Sequence record: PQ159479
Source of the DNA: Escherichia phage Henu4_2
Reading direction: 5' to 3' (one strand)
Length of the DNA: 50,260 bases
The notes below the pieces were generated by a model. That model saw only the letters and a program-made list of their open reading frames with translations. It was not told the origin of the DNA and did no database searches. This document shows positions 28,621-37,822 of the stretch, piece after piece. Each line of letters begins with the position of its first letter. Position 1 is the stretch's first letter. The position numbers were made by a program, and so were the translations under genes.

Positions 28621-28724
28621 GGAACACAAAAACAACAATTAGCAAAATCATAAACTTACGATGTGATTTTGTTGTCAGTGCTAGTTGTAAACGTATGCAA
28701 AACAAAAAGAACACACAAAGGGTA

Positions 28725-28752
28725 TTGACTACATGCAACAAAGACCTATAAT
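28725..28752 (+). promoter_or_regulatory. near-consensus sigma70 promoter (TTGACT-16-TATAAT)
   Basis: TTGACT 28725-28730, TATAAT 28747-28752; RBS GAGGATGA; ATG 28781. Confidence 0.7.
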
Positions 28753-28780
28753 GCAGACATACCAACTAGAGGATGACCAA

Positions 28781-29836
28781 ATGAGCGATTTTAAAGTTTA
28801 CACCTTTGACCAGTTAACCAATGATGAATATCACGATCCTAAAGGTTGGGCGGCTGAATACGTTAGCGGTTCAAGCCTGGCGGAAATCTTTGCAACTTGT
28901 CCGGCTGCATGGAAATACAGACCACGCGAGGAAAGCAAAGCGCTTGTTTTCGGTACGCAGTCACACACCAACTTTCAAAGCAGTGAGTTGTTCGCAAAAG
29001 AGTACCGCCGAGCGCCAGCGCCGGAAGATTACGAAAACTTGATCACAAGCCAAACAGCATTAGCAAGCAAGTTAAAATCTTTTGGCCTGACTGGTACAAG
29101 CGGGAAAACTTATCCAGACCTGATAAAAATGATGGTTGATTGTGGTGAGGATCTTAATGTTCAGTGGCTGATTGAAATGATCGCAGAGAGCCAAGCGCGA
29201 GCGGATAACGTTGAATTGGTTCCGGCTAAAGATTACGACGCTTGCGTTACCATGCGCCGTGTGCTGGAAAGCATACCGGAACACAACGCTTGCATGAATA
29301 GCCCAACAGCACAACGAGAGCTATCAATTTTCGGTATTATCAAAGGCGTGAAAGTCAAAGTAAGGCTTGATCATGTTGATATTTGCAAAGATGTGCTTGC
29401 AACTGTGATTTCCGGTTATGATGGTGAAGGTAATCCGGTATATGAAACAACGCGATTTGAGGAAGCGATTGTGATCACGGATTATAAAACAACGTCAAGC
29501 GCTAACCCGTCAGAGTTTGCAAGGCTGGCATTCAATCACGGATACTACTTGAAAATGGCATTGCAGCACGATCTATTTAAATGCGCATATCCAGATGAAA
29601 AAAGGCCAATTGTAATGCGTTTGCTTGCTCAAGAGAAAAAAGAGCCTTATTTACCAATCGCATATCGCATGACGGATGAACATTTAAAGATCGGCGGCAT
29701 ACAATACATGAGCGTGATAAACCAGTTTGCAGAATGCCAGGCAAATGACGTTTGGCCTTCATATGCAAACGGAGAGCCGGAAATTGACCTTCAAACGCCT
29801 GATTGGGTTCGTCGTCAATACAAAGGTTTTTTATAA
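28781..29836 (+). CDS. PD-(D/E)XK recombination exonuclease
   Basis: motifs RLDHVD and VITDYKT; ATG 28781 chosen because the longer ORF would overlap the promoter. Confidence 0.7.
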   Translation: MSDFKVYTFDQLTNDEYHDPKGWAAEYVSGSSLAEIFATCPAAWKYRPREESKALVFGTQSHTNFQSSELFAKEYRRAPAPEDYENLITSQTALASKLKSFGLTGTSGKTYPDLIKMMVDCGEDLNVQWLIEMIAESQARADNVELVPAKDYDACVTMRRVLESIPEHNACMNSPTAQRELSIFGIIKGVKVKVRLDHVDICKDVLATVISGYDGEGNPVYETTRFEEAIVITDYKTTSSANPSEFARLAFNHGYYLKMALQHDLFKCAYPDEKRPIVMRLLAQEKKEPYLPIAYRMTDEHLKIGGIQYMSVINQFAECQANDVWPSYANGEPEIDLQTPDWVRRQYKGFL

Positions 29837-29879
29837 ATAGCACTTTTTGCTAAAAATGCCATTATATGCGTGGTATACT
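29837..29879 (+). promoter_or_regulatory. conserved early element copy 8 (stem GCGTG/CACGC, TATACT)
   Basis: ATAGCACTTTTTGCTAAAA; TGgTATACT; ATCAACCAAC leader. Confidence 0.5.
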
Positions 29880-29913
29880 ACACGCATCAACCAACGAGAG
29901 AGAGGAAATAAAA

Positions 29914-30204
29914 ATGGAACAGCAATTCAATGAGCAAGACATTCAAGATGTGCGCGATCACGTAGGCGGATTTGTAAACGCATTAGGAATTATGCAACGC
30001 CAGTTCTTGCGCGTAATTGACCCAAGCGAATCACCGGAAACTCTTGGATATGTTCGCAAGGTTGCATATTCGATTGATAACGTTGTGTTAACGGTTCTTC
30101 AAATGGAAAATAACGAAGAACACCGCAAGATGATTAATCAGGCAAGTGAAATCATGATCCAGAATTTGATTGATTATCACCACGAGAACGAAGAACAGCA
30201 TTAA
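29914..30204 (+). CDS. hypothetical protein
   Basis: 96-aa ORF, RBS AGAGGAAATAAAA. Confidence 0.45.
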   Translation: MEQQFNEQDIQDVRDHVGGFVNALGIMQRQFLRVIDPSESPETLGYVRKVAYSIDNVVLTVLQMENNEEHRKMINQASEIMIQNLIDYHHENEEQH

Positions 30205-30250
30205 TTAACACGGCGGCGCAAGCCGCCATTATTAAACCGGAGTCAATGAA

Positions 30251-30913
30251 ATGAAGTTTTCCGAACAAAACGCAAACGTAATTAAGGCATTGTTTGAGGC
30301 GCGTCAATTATTCACCAAAGTAAAAAAGGATAAGCAAAACACGCACCTGAAAAATAAATATGCAACTCTTGACAGCGTTCTTGATGCTATTATGCCTGGC
30401 CTTACTGATAAGGGTTTATTCCTTACTCAAGATCAGAAAGTTGGCGAAGATTTGAAATCAATGACGGTTTTAACTCGCTTTATTCACGTTGAATCAAATG
30501 AATGGGTTGAATATAGTTTCACGTTGCCAATGCAGAAATTAGATCCGCAAGGTGGCGGCTCAACAAACAGCTATGCGAGACGTTATGCGCTTTGCACCGC
30601 TCTTGGCCTGGCAACGGCTGACGATGACGCAAATCTTGCCACCAAAAACGCGCAGGATTGGAAAAAAGATCTTGATGCTTGCGATAACCTTACAGACTTG
30701 CAAGAAACGTTTAAAACGGCTTACAAGCAATCTGATGCGGCTAACCGGAGAATCATTAAAGAGCATTACGACAAGCTAAAAGCTAAAATGGAGATCGGAA
30801 AGGCTCGCGGTTTTAATCCGGCTGAACCAGCGGCAAATGTTGCGAAGAATGAAAAAGTTGAAAACCAACCGCAACAGGAAGTAAAATCACAGTCTATCAC
30901 TGACTTTGAATAA
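30251..30913 (+). CDS. Erf-family single-strand annealing protein (candidate)
   Basis: N-terminal N.HLKNKYATLDSVLDAIMPGL resembles the Erf signature; sits between exonuclease and SSB. Confidence 0.65.
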   Translation: MKFSEQNANVIKALFEARQLFTKVKKDKQNTHLKNKYATLDSVLDAIMPGLTDKGLFLTQDQKVGEDLKSMTVLTRFIHVESNEWVEYSFTLPMQKLDPQGGGSTNSYARRYALCTALGLATADDDANLATKNAQDWKKDLDACDNLTDLQETFKTAYKQSDAANRRIIKEHYDKLKAKMEIGKARGFNPAEPAANVAKNEKVENQPQQEVKSQSITDFE

Positions 30914-30951
30914 TTTATCGCGGGGCGATAACGCCCCGATAAGGAAATAAA

Positions 30952-31398
30952 ATGCACGTTATCACCGGAGAAATTCGCAAAGAGCCTTTTGTTAAGCAGG
31001 GGCAAAACGGCACACTATATATTGTTGAGCTTTCAGAATCATATAAGGATCGAGAAGGGAACCGACAATACACCAATTACAAATTCTTCTTTAATGCAAA
31101 AAGCGAGGGAATGAATAATTGGTATAGTGAGGCATTCCAGCAGGGTAAAATTATTTCTGTATCTTGCGATCAATTGCGCATTGATAGCAGTGAATATAAC
31201 GGGCAGATTTATAACACTCTAACAAGTGCCGGATTTGCTAACCTGCAATTTAGCCAGCGCGGAGGGCAGCAACAAGCGCCTCAACAATCGCAAGGCGGAT
31301 GGGGTCAACCTCAACAGCCACAACAGCATCAGCCACGACAGCAAGCGCCTCAAAATAACGAGCCGCCTATGGATTTTGACGACGACATTCCATTCTAA
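30952..31398 (+). CDS. ssb: single-stranded DNA-binding protein
   Basis: OB-fold N-terminus, Gln/Pro-rich linker, C-terminal DDDIPF tail identical to bacterial SSB tip. Confidence 0.85.
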   Translation: MHVITGEIRKEPFVKQGQNGTLYIVELSESYKDREGNRQYTNYKFFFNAKSEGMNNWYSEAFQQGKIISVSCDQLRIDSSEYNGQIYNTLTSAGFANLQFSQRGGQQQAPQQSQGGWGQPQQPQQHQPRQQAPQNNEPPMDFDDDIPF

Positions 31399-31402
31399 AA
31401 AT

Positions 31403-31425
31403 AAAGGGGCTTACGCCCCTTTTTC
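31403..31425 (+). terminator. rho-independent terminator after ssb
   Basis: AAAGGGGC-TTAC-GCCCCTTT + TT. Confidence 0.7.
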
Positions 31426-31664
31426 ACTTTCTTTGATACCCAAAACAGCAATTACCTTAACTGCGATCCGGCTTGCAAGTTCAAGCTGTTGAGCGTTAAG
31501 CGTTCCGGTATTCATGATAGACAACAGTCCAGGCATAGAGCCAAGAGCTTTAAAATCAGTAAAGGCTGATTTCATAATATCCATTTGTTGATGACCATCA
31601 TTCACAATCGCTTGTGCGATTTATTTTTGTAATAGATATTGGCTAACTGTAAATAATATGTAAA

Positions 31665-31690
31665 TAAAAAAGGGAGGCGTTTCGCCTCCC
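31665..31690 (-). terminator. terminator for the minus-strand tail fibre gene
   Basis: GGGAGGCG-TTT-CGCCTCCC, T-run on the minus strand. Confidence 0.7.
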
Positions 31691-31717
31691 TTTGTATTAT
31701 GGTAGTTCTGGAATTGT

Positions 31718-34009
31718 TTAAGCACTTCCGTTAAGCATTGATTTTACAATGTTTTTCAGTTCGTCTAACTCATTGCGTAATGTGTTAATTTCCTCCTGTT
31801 GCCTTGCAATTGTTTCATTTTGCTTATCAGAATCATCAATCATTTCATTGATTGCGTTAACCAAAAGAGCGGTAACGCCGTTATAGTTAACACCTAAAAT
31901 CTCACTATCATCAGATACTTTATAAACAGATTCCGGTAAAACCGTTTGCACATCTTGAGCTATTACACCAGCTTCCTCAGAGTAGAAAGAATATTCATCC
32001 TCAATTAGATTGTTTCTCTTGAAGTAAGTGTAACCTTTAATTGATTTAACTTTCTCCTTTGCTGTTTTAATTTCTTTTAATTGAGCCTTTAGGCGAATAT
32101 CGGATGTGCTAATCCAACTAGCGGCTGTTGCATTACCATTGGAAGCAAATCCAAACTCACCACCACCAACCAGAATCCTTTGAAAAGGAGATCCATCTTC
32201 ATAAATAACAATGTCAGAAGCGCAAGCATGTTGATCACCCCACCTTGTAACTTTCCATATGTTAGCAGCAGCGCCCCTTGTGTTTAGTTCAACCATTAAA
32301 CCACAGGCTCTATTCCTCCAATCAACATGAGCGCCAGCACCAACTACGCCAGATATAAATGATGAAGCATCACCATTCCTTACTCCTTGAACATAAGCAA
32401 ACCTACCAGATTCCACAACCCAAGAATTTAAAGTTCTATATAACGCAACTTCTGATGGTGTCCATGCAAAAATGTTTTGACCATTAGAAACAGCTTGAAT
32501 TACACCGTCGCTACTCCATCTCAATCCAGTGTCAGGATCACCAATCGTGATCGAGTAATCACCAAACGTTGATACTACATCGGGAGGCAGTAACATCAAT
32601 CGATTATCAGATCTTGCTATCCTGTACCATCCACCCCAAGAGCCAGCATTGCAAATTACTCCCCATTTATTACCGTTCATTGCTGTTGCAACAATATTAC
32701 CGTACTCAACATGACCACTTGCATTTCTACCGTGTACATGTAACTCAAACATCCACCATCCAGAGGCTTCAGGCGGTAAGTATGTTGCAAGATCACCGCA
32801 AGAGTAATAACCGCTTTCTGCGTATGTTGACATAAACCCAAGAACGTTTGAATTATTAGGGATGCCAATTGCTTGACCGCCAACAGGAGTATTCAAGTTC
32901 TTTCTTGCTCCAACATCACTTGTTGCACCAGTTCCGCCCTGTTGAATTCCAAGAGGAATCCAGCCACCTCCAGCATCAGTCCAAACACCCCAGCCATTAT
33001 CATTATTTATAGTGATTCTAAGTGGAGAATTGCCTGGCGCATACATCATAGTTTCAGTTGCTGATTGCCTGAAACGCTCAATCCCAAAGTTTATCTTTGC
33101 ACCTTCTACGTTTTCAGCACCAGTACCGCCAGCACCAATAGAAAGCGCAGATGTGCTGTTATTTTCATTACGCGCAACGCGCCATTCCCCATTGTTAGCG
33201 ATCCGTAATTCATAAGTCCATGCAGGATTACGAAAAGAATTATAAGCGCCAGCATATTGATCTTTTACAGAATTAACAGCCTCAACTTTTAGCGCCTCCC
33301 TTGCAAGGTCTTTGTTTGCAAGATCATTAAGGTTTTGATCCTTATGCAGAAGATTTTCAGGCTGTACCTGTTGCGCCCATTGGCGAGCTTCATCACGCGC
33401 GTCTAACGCTTCATTTTTAATTCCGGTTATCTCAGTAACGGCAGAATCTTTAATCTGTTGCGTTTGGTTTTTTATTGCGTCCGTGTCGGCCTTAATCTGA
33501 TTGGTTTCAGAAACAGCGGCATTTTTAATCTGTTGAGTTTCAGAAACGGCGGAATCCTTAATTGTTTGCGTGTCGCTTTTTAATTGTTCTGTCGCGGCTC
33601 GGTCTGCATCAGTTTTTTGAGCGGAAGCCTCAGCGCGAGCAACAAGATCCTGTAATGTTTTTAAATCAAAGTTTTTGAAAAATTCAAGCGCTTCCTCAAT
33701 AACAGTTTCTTTACTTTGGTAATAGCGCAGAGTTTCCGCAACATCTTGCGCCATTCCATCTACCGTTAAAGAGTCATTCAACAGGATCACATAATTTCCG
33801 TTTTCTACTGGCTCGCCGTCAGTCTGGATCGCTTTCATTTCCGTGTCGCTTACAATATCGCTAATCACAGCCAATTTAAGAGGCGATGTGAGAAATACGA
33901 TTGTTGCGCCAGTGCGGATAAGAGAAAGAGGCTCACGCCATTTTGTGCCAGTACCAGTAATAACGCCTTGCGCGTCCATTGCAGCCGTACCAGTGCGATA
34001 TAAAGCCAT
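31718..34009 (-). CDS. tail fibre with C-terminal intramolecular chaperone (peptidase S74) domain
   Basis: C-terminus TSDIRLK...GYTYF...GVIAQDVQTVLPESV typical of S74 autoproteolytic chaperone; Gly/Trp-rich beta region; coiled-coil repeats. Confidence 0.85.
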   Translation of the reverse strand: MALYRTGTAAMDAQGVITGTGTKWREPLSLIRTGATIVFLTSPLKLAVISDIVSDTEMKAIQTDGEPVENGNYVILLNDSLTVDGMAQDVAETLRYYQSKETVIEEALEFFKNFDLKTLQDLVARAEASAQKTDADRAATEQLKSDTQTIKDSAVSETQQIKNAAVSETNQIKADTDAIKNQTQQIKDSAVTEITGIKNEALDARDEARQWAQQVQPENLLHKDQNLNDLANKDLAREALKVEAVNSVKDQYAGAYNSFRNPAWTYELRIANNGEWRVARNENNSTSALSIGAGGTGAENVEGAKINFGIERFRQSATETMMYAPGNSPLRITINNDNGWGVWTDAGGGWIPLGIQQGGTGATSDVGARKNLNTPVGGQAIGIPNNSNVLGFMSTYAESGYYSCGDLATYLPPEASGWWMFELHVHGRNASGHVEYGNIVATAMNGNKWGVICNAGSWGGWYRIARSDNRLMLLPPDVVSTFGDYSITIGDPDTGLRWSSDGVIQAVSNGQNIFAWTPSEVALYRTLNSWVVESGRFAYVQGVRNGDASSFISGVVGAGAHVDWRNRACGLMVELNTRGAAANIWKVTRWGDQHACASDIVIYEDGSPFQRILVGGGEFGFASNGNATAASWISTSDIRLKAQLKEIKTAKEKVKSIKGYTYFKRNNLIEDEYSFYSEEAGVIAQDVQTVLPESVYKVSDDSEILGVNYNGVTALLVNAINEMIDDSDKQNETIARQQEEINTLRNELDELKNIVKSMLNGSA
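33410..33575 (-). repeat. in-frame ~33-bp tandem repeats inside the tail fibre gene
   Basis: repeated TTTCAGAAACRGCGGMATYYTTAATYKKTTG units encoding SAVSETxQIKN-like 11-aa repeats. Confidence 0.5.
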
Positions 34010-34074
34010 AATTACACCTCATTTTATTCATTGAAACAGTGTAGTGATTATGCGATATTGCTATGTTACATGCA

Positions 34075-34100
34075 ATAAAAAACCCCGCCTTAGCGGGGTT
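34075..34100 (-). terminator. terminator after primase gene (minus strand)
   Basis: AACCCCGC-CTTA-GCGGGGTT with T-run on the minus strand. Confidence 0.7.
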
Positions 34101-34164
34101 CGTCAACGACAACGAGAAATCAATGAAACAGATTCATCGAAAAGTGTTAGTAGCAGGATGAATA

Positions 34165-35091
34165 TTATAATAAGTCACTTGCCTTGTAAAGCCTCCGCTC
34201 TATTCCATTTTTGAATTTACCGTTAACTGGTAACATTACGTCTAATTCTCGATCATCAGCAGCAATCAAAGTATCGCGATCATTAGCATGGCACACAACG
34301 CGCATTTTGCGATCTCCTTTGTATCTGTATGCAACAATTTCAAGATTTGAAGGTGAAAAACACGCCCATACTTCTTGCCCCGTCGCCAGGTGTATATGTT
34401 GCGCATCAATCCAATCAACGCAAAGGTAAATTGTTTTGTCAGTCTTGCCAGTTACCGCAACGCTTCCGCGCGTGTAATCTTTCGCGTAAAAACTGCTTTT
34501 ACCTTCCTCATTGACGAAAAGAATATTGCACATGTCATCATCCAATTCATCACTATGCACCAGGTGGCAAGGAATAGCGTGTATATGCTCGCAATATCCA
34601 TTGTCATGAGTTTTTACGCCAACTTGATACGATTCGCCGTCTAATGGATAAAACGCCTCAAAAACGCTTAGGTTTGTTATTTCCATGCGTTCAGTTTTAT
34701 CCATCACCTCAACACATTTTTCATGAGGTGCTTGCGATCCGAAATTGTAACCGGAATCACGTTTTGCCGCTTTGTTAGCCTTGTTGACAACCTCAACCGG
34801 AACCAGGTTTAACCATTCGCCTAGCGTGTCGATTGCTTCACTGTAATTTTCACCACGTATGCGCATGAACAATCCGATCCCTGAATCATTCCCACATTGG
34901 TTGCAAATGTTGCCGCCGTCGCCTTTCTCGTTGATTTTGTCAGTCCAACGAAAGCGATCTTTACCGCCGCAATAAGGGCATGGTTGGTGTTTGCCGTTAA
35001 AGGTTAATTGAGGAATATCGCAAAGTTTCATTAATGCCGCTTGCCACATGCCGCGCATTTTTGGGATCACTTCTTCTTTTTGATAATGCAT
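34165..35091 (-). CDS. DNA primase (zinc ribbon + TOPRIM-like)
   Basis: Zn-ribbon HQPCPYCGGKDRFRW...CNQCG. Confidence 0.75.
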   Translation of the reverse strand: MHYQKEEVIPKMRGMWQAALMKLCDIPQLTFNGKHQPCPYCGGKDRFRWTDKINEKGDGGNICNQCGNDSGIGLFMRIRGENYSEAIDTLGEWLNLVPVEVVNKANKAAKRDSGYNFGSQAPHEKCVEVMDKTERMEITNLSVFEAFYPLDGESYQVGVKTHDNGYCEHIHAIPCHLVHSDELDDDMCNILFVNEEGKSSFYAKDYTRGSVAVTGKTDKTIYLCVDWIDAQHIHLATGQEVWACFSPSNLEIVAYRYKGDRKMRVVCHANDRDTLIAADDRELDVMLPVNGKFKNGIERRLYKASDLL

Positions 35092-35149
35092 TTCTCAATC
35101 TCCAAATAAAAAACCTGGCACGATGATAAACCATGCCAGGCCGGAATTT

Positions 35150-35758
35150 TTAGCAATCAGTGCTATCGACGGAAATCACAACGCGTTTCTTCTGATTGGC
35201 TTCCTTTGCTTTGCGCCGTTCTTCTTTCTCCTTGTCGCGTTCAGCCTTGCGCCGCGCTTTCTCCTTCTCGCGTTCTTCTGGAGTCATAGACCGTAACGGA
35301 TCGTAAGGCCGGACAAATCCCCTTGCTTCCGCTTCCTCTTTGGTTACAAATCGCATCAGCTTTCTGTTGCTGCAACGATTCTCTAATGGTTTTCCGTTAT
35401 TATCAAACTTGATATCTGGACGGCAATATGAAGCGCGAAAACCGTTAAAACCTTTGCGGCGGTAATCTTTCTGGATCAGTTCAGCGCCTTTAGTTGAAAT
35501 CATGCCGCGCTCTTTCCATCCCCATACTGTTTTAAGGTTAACGCCAATTTCACGCGCCAGGGCAGCGCAACCGCCGTAAGCGTTGACAACTTCATCAAGA
35601 CGCGCTTTTAATCCGGCTCTTACTTCTTCCTTTAATACAAGATAACCGCTAACAGGTGCGCGACGTTTGCGATCTTTACCACGTCTTACGCCGTTGTTAC
35701 CATTGATTGTGCGTTTGTCGATTTCGCCAGTTGAGGCGGCAATTTTGATTTCGCTCAT
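35150..35758 (-). CDS. HTH DNA-binding protein with polybasic C-terminal tail (putative regulator)
   Basis: HTH-like CAALAREIGVNLKTVWGWKERG; C-terminal KR/E-rich; start at ATG 35758 with RBS AGGTGA. Confidence 0.55.
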   Translation of the reverse strand: MSEIKIAASTGEIDKRTINGNNGVRRGKDRKRRAPVSGYLVLKEEVRAGLKARLDEVVNAYGGCAALAREIGVNLKTVWGWKERGMISTKGAELIQKDYRRKGFNGFRASYCRPDIKFDNNGKPLENRCSNRKLMRFVTKEEAEARGFVRPYDPLRSMTPEEREKEKARRKAERDKEKEERRKAKEANQKKRVVISVDSTDC

Positions 35759-35768
35759 ATTTTCACCT

Positions 35769-35811
35769 ATAGCACTTTTTGCTAAAAAACTTGATTGAGT
35801 TTGTGTATGAT
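35769..35811 (+). promoter_or_regulatory. conserved early element copy 9 upstream of helicase operon
   Basis: ATAGCACTTTTTGCTAAAA then TATGAT. Confidence 0.5.
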
Positions 35812-35835
35812 ATGCCGCAAATGGCATTTAGTCAA
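35807..35835 (-). promoter_or_regulatory. sigma70 promoter for HTH gene (TTGACT-17-TATCAT), -10 overlapping the plus-strand -10
   Basis: minus-strand TTGACT (35835-35830), 17-nt spacer, TATCAT (35812-35807). Confidence 0.6.
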
Positions 35836-35846
35836 AAGGATAAAAA

Positions 35847-37820
35847 ATGATTCCTAACATTGAAAAGCAGATTGCAGATCTTGGAGAGGAAAGGATTAAG
35901 GCAATACAGAAGCGTTTCACGGTTGGTGAGATTGTCCCGTATGAATACCAATGCGTTGCTTACGCTGAAATTGCAAAGCGCTTGAGTAAGTATGTTGATC
36001 CGTTTTTCGTAAAAGCGGCGGTATCGGCAGGTAAAACAATCATCTTTGCTATGGTTGCGGCTCAGTGCCGTAAAATGGGGTTGAAAGCGTTATTTCTGGC
36101 GCGTCAATCTGAAATTGTGGATCAGGATTCAAAAGAGATTAGCGCCTTTGGTGTTCCGAATTCCGTTTATTGCGCTGGCCTGAATACCAAAAGCGCTTAT
36201 TTCCCGATTGTTGTCGGATCGGAAGGCACTGTAATTGGTGGATTGAATAAAGCGTTGGGTGATTACGTCCCACAGGTTTTAGGTATAGATGAATGCCATC
36301 AAGTAAACTGGAATGACATTGTGGAAGCCGAGGAAAACGGCGAAAGCATAGAGCAAATGATGACTCCGAAAGGTGAACCAGTTGAAGGGCATCCGTTGCT
36401 GATTGGTTCAGGCCGCGCACAATACACCATTATCATTGCAGAAATGCGCCGCCGTTGCCTTGAGACTTACGGTCATCAGTTGCGCATATTTGGAATGACA
36501 GGATCGGAATATCGCGGAATTGAGCCGATACTTGTCGAAGATAAAAGAATTCCTGGGTTTTGGCGTGAGCAGATCACAAACATTGATACTGATTACTTGG
36601 TTAAATTTGGTTCAGTTGTTCCCACTTATTTTGGCAATGTTGGTGATTTGGGTTATGACTTATCAGAATTTACGCCAGTACATGAATTTGGCGTTGCTGA
36701 TTATGACCAGAAGCAATTAAAGGCAATGAGTGACAAGATTCACAAATCAGGAACCATGACGCAGAAAATAATGCAGATGGTTCATGAGGTGATGAAAAAC
36801 CGCTTGTGCGCTCTTGTTACTTGCGCTGACGAAAGGCACTGCAAAGAGGCGGCGGCGGCGCTTCCTCCTGGCACGAAATATCACATTATCACCGGAAAAA
36901 CTGGAGAGAAACAGCGGCGCTTATGGCTTGAGGATGCCTATGAAGGGCGCGTGAAATACATATTCCAGGTTCAAGCGCTAACAACTGGAGTGAACGTTCC
37001 GCCGTGGGATACTTCTGTTATTTTGCGTAAGATCGGAAGCCTGACGCTATTAACTCAGCTTTTGGGGCGCGGTATGCGTCAATTAAAAACTTACCATAAA
37101 GAAGTATTGGGAATGCACAAAACGGATCACCTTGTTTTGGATTTTTCCGGCACGATGTTTGAAATGGGTAATTTGTATTTCGATCCGATGTTAGAGCAAG
37201 CGCAATTCCAGTTGCGTAAATCACAGGATAAAGATCCGAAATATTGCCCGATTTGCGGCACAGAAAATTCATTCTATGCTCGCCGTTGCATTAATGAAGA
37301 TGAAAACGGAAATCGTTGTGAGCACTTTTGGACTTTTCAAACGTGTGAGGATCAGATTGATGACCGCACAAAGAAAATAACGGTAAAAGGTTGTGGTGCT
37401 AAAAATGACGTTGCGGCGCGTGTATGCCGTTGCTGTAATGTTCAGTTACGCGATCCAAATGATAACTTATCCGGCAAGATGTACCGTAAAAACGATTGGT
37501 GCGACGTGTTAGATTTTAATGTGACGCTGACAAAAAACCAGGCTGGGGTAATATTCTGCTACACGTTGCGTGATAGTGGCGGCGTAGAATTCAGGGCATA
37601 CGAAAAATATTTCCCTGAATCAGAACACAAGATATGTAAAACGCTTTGGACAAAGGCGGTTAGAACACACGTTATAGATCGCCAGGCCGCAAACTTTATG
37701 ATCACTTGCAGAAATGCAATTAAGATCATGAGTTATGCTGGGCAAATATTGCCACCAAAACGTGTTACCCATCGCAAGAACACAAAGAAAGAAGATTTGA
37801 TCGCACAGAAGGAGTTTTAA
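35847..37820 (+). CDS. superfamily II DEAH-type helicase with C-terminal zinc-ribbon region
   Basis: Walker A AAVSAGKT, motif II GIDECHQ; C-terminal CPICGT...C..C cluster. Confidence 0.85.
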   Translation: MIPNIEKQIADLGEERIKAIQKRFTVGEIVPYEYQCVAYAEIAKRLSKYVDPFFVKAAVSAGKTIIFAMVAAQCRKMGLKALFLARQSEIVDQDSKEISAFGVPNSVYCAGLNTKSAYFPIVVGSEGTVIGGLNKALGDYVPQVLGIDECHQVNWNDIVEAEENGESIEQMMTPKGEPVEGHPLLIGSGRAQYTIIIAEMRRRCLETYGHQLRIFGMTGSEYRGIEPILVEDKRIPGFWREQITNIDTDYLVKFGSVVPTYFGNVGDLGYDLSEFTPVHEFGVADYDQKQLKAMSDKIHKSGTMTQKIMQMVHEVMKNRLCALVTCADERHCKEAAAALPPGTKYHIITGKTGEKQRRLWLEDAYEGRVKYIFQVQALTTGVNVPPWDTSVILRKIGSLTLLTQLLGRGMRQLKTYHKEVLGMHKTDHLVLDFSGTMFEMGNLYFDPMLEQAQFQLRKSQDKDPKYCPICGTENSFYARRCINEDENGNRCEHFWTFQTCEDQIDDRTKKITVKGCGAKNDVAARVCRCCNVQLRDPNDNLSGKMYRKNDWCDVLDFNVTLTKNQAGVIFCYTLRDSGGVEFRAYEKYFPESEHKICKTLWTKAVRTHVIDRQAANFMITCRNAIKIMSYAGQILPPKRVTHRKNTKKEDLIAQKEF

Positions 37821-37822
37821 AT

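Noticed and set aside
31411-31605. 64-aa minus-strand ORF between ssb and the tail fibre gene
   Set aside because: No Shine-Dalgarno, lies between two terminators, and has no conserved early element upstream; likely spurious.
32569-34034. Plus-strand ORFs opposite the tail fibre gene
   Set aside because: Antisense to a well-supported 763-aa gene; no RBS.
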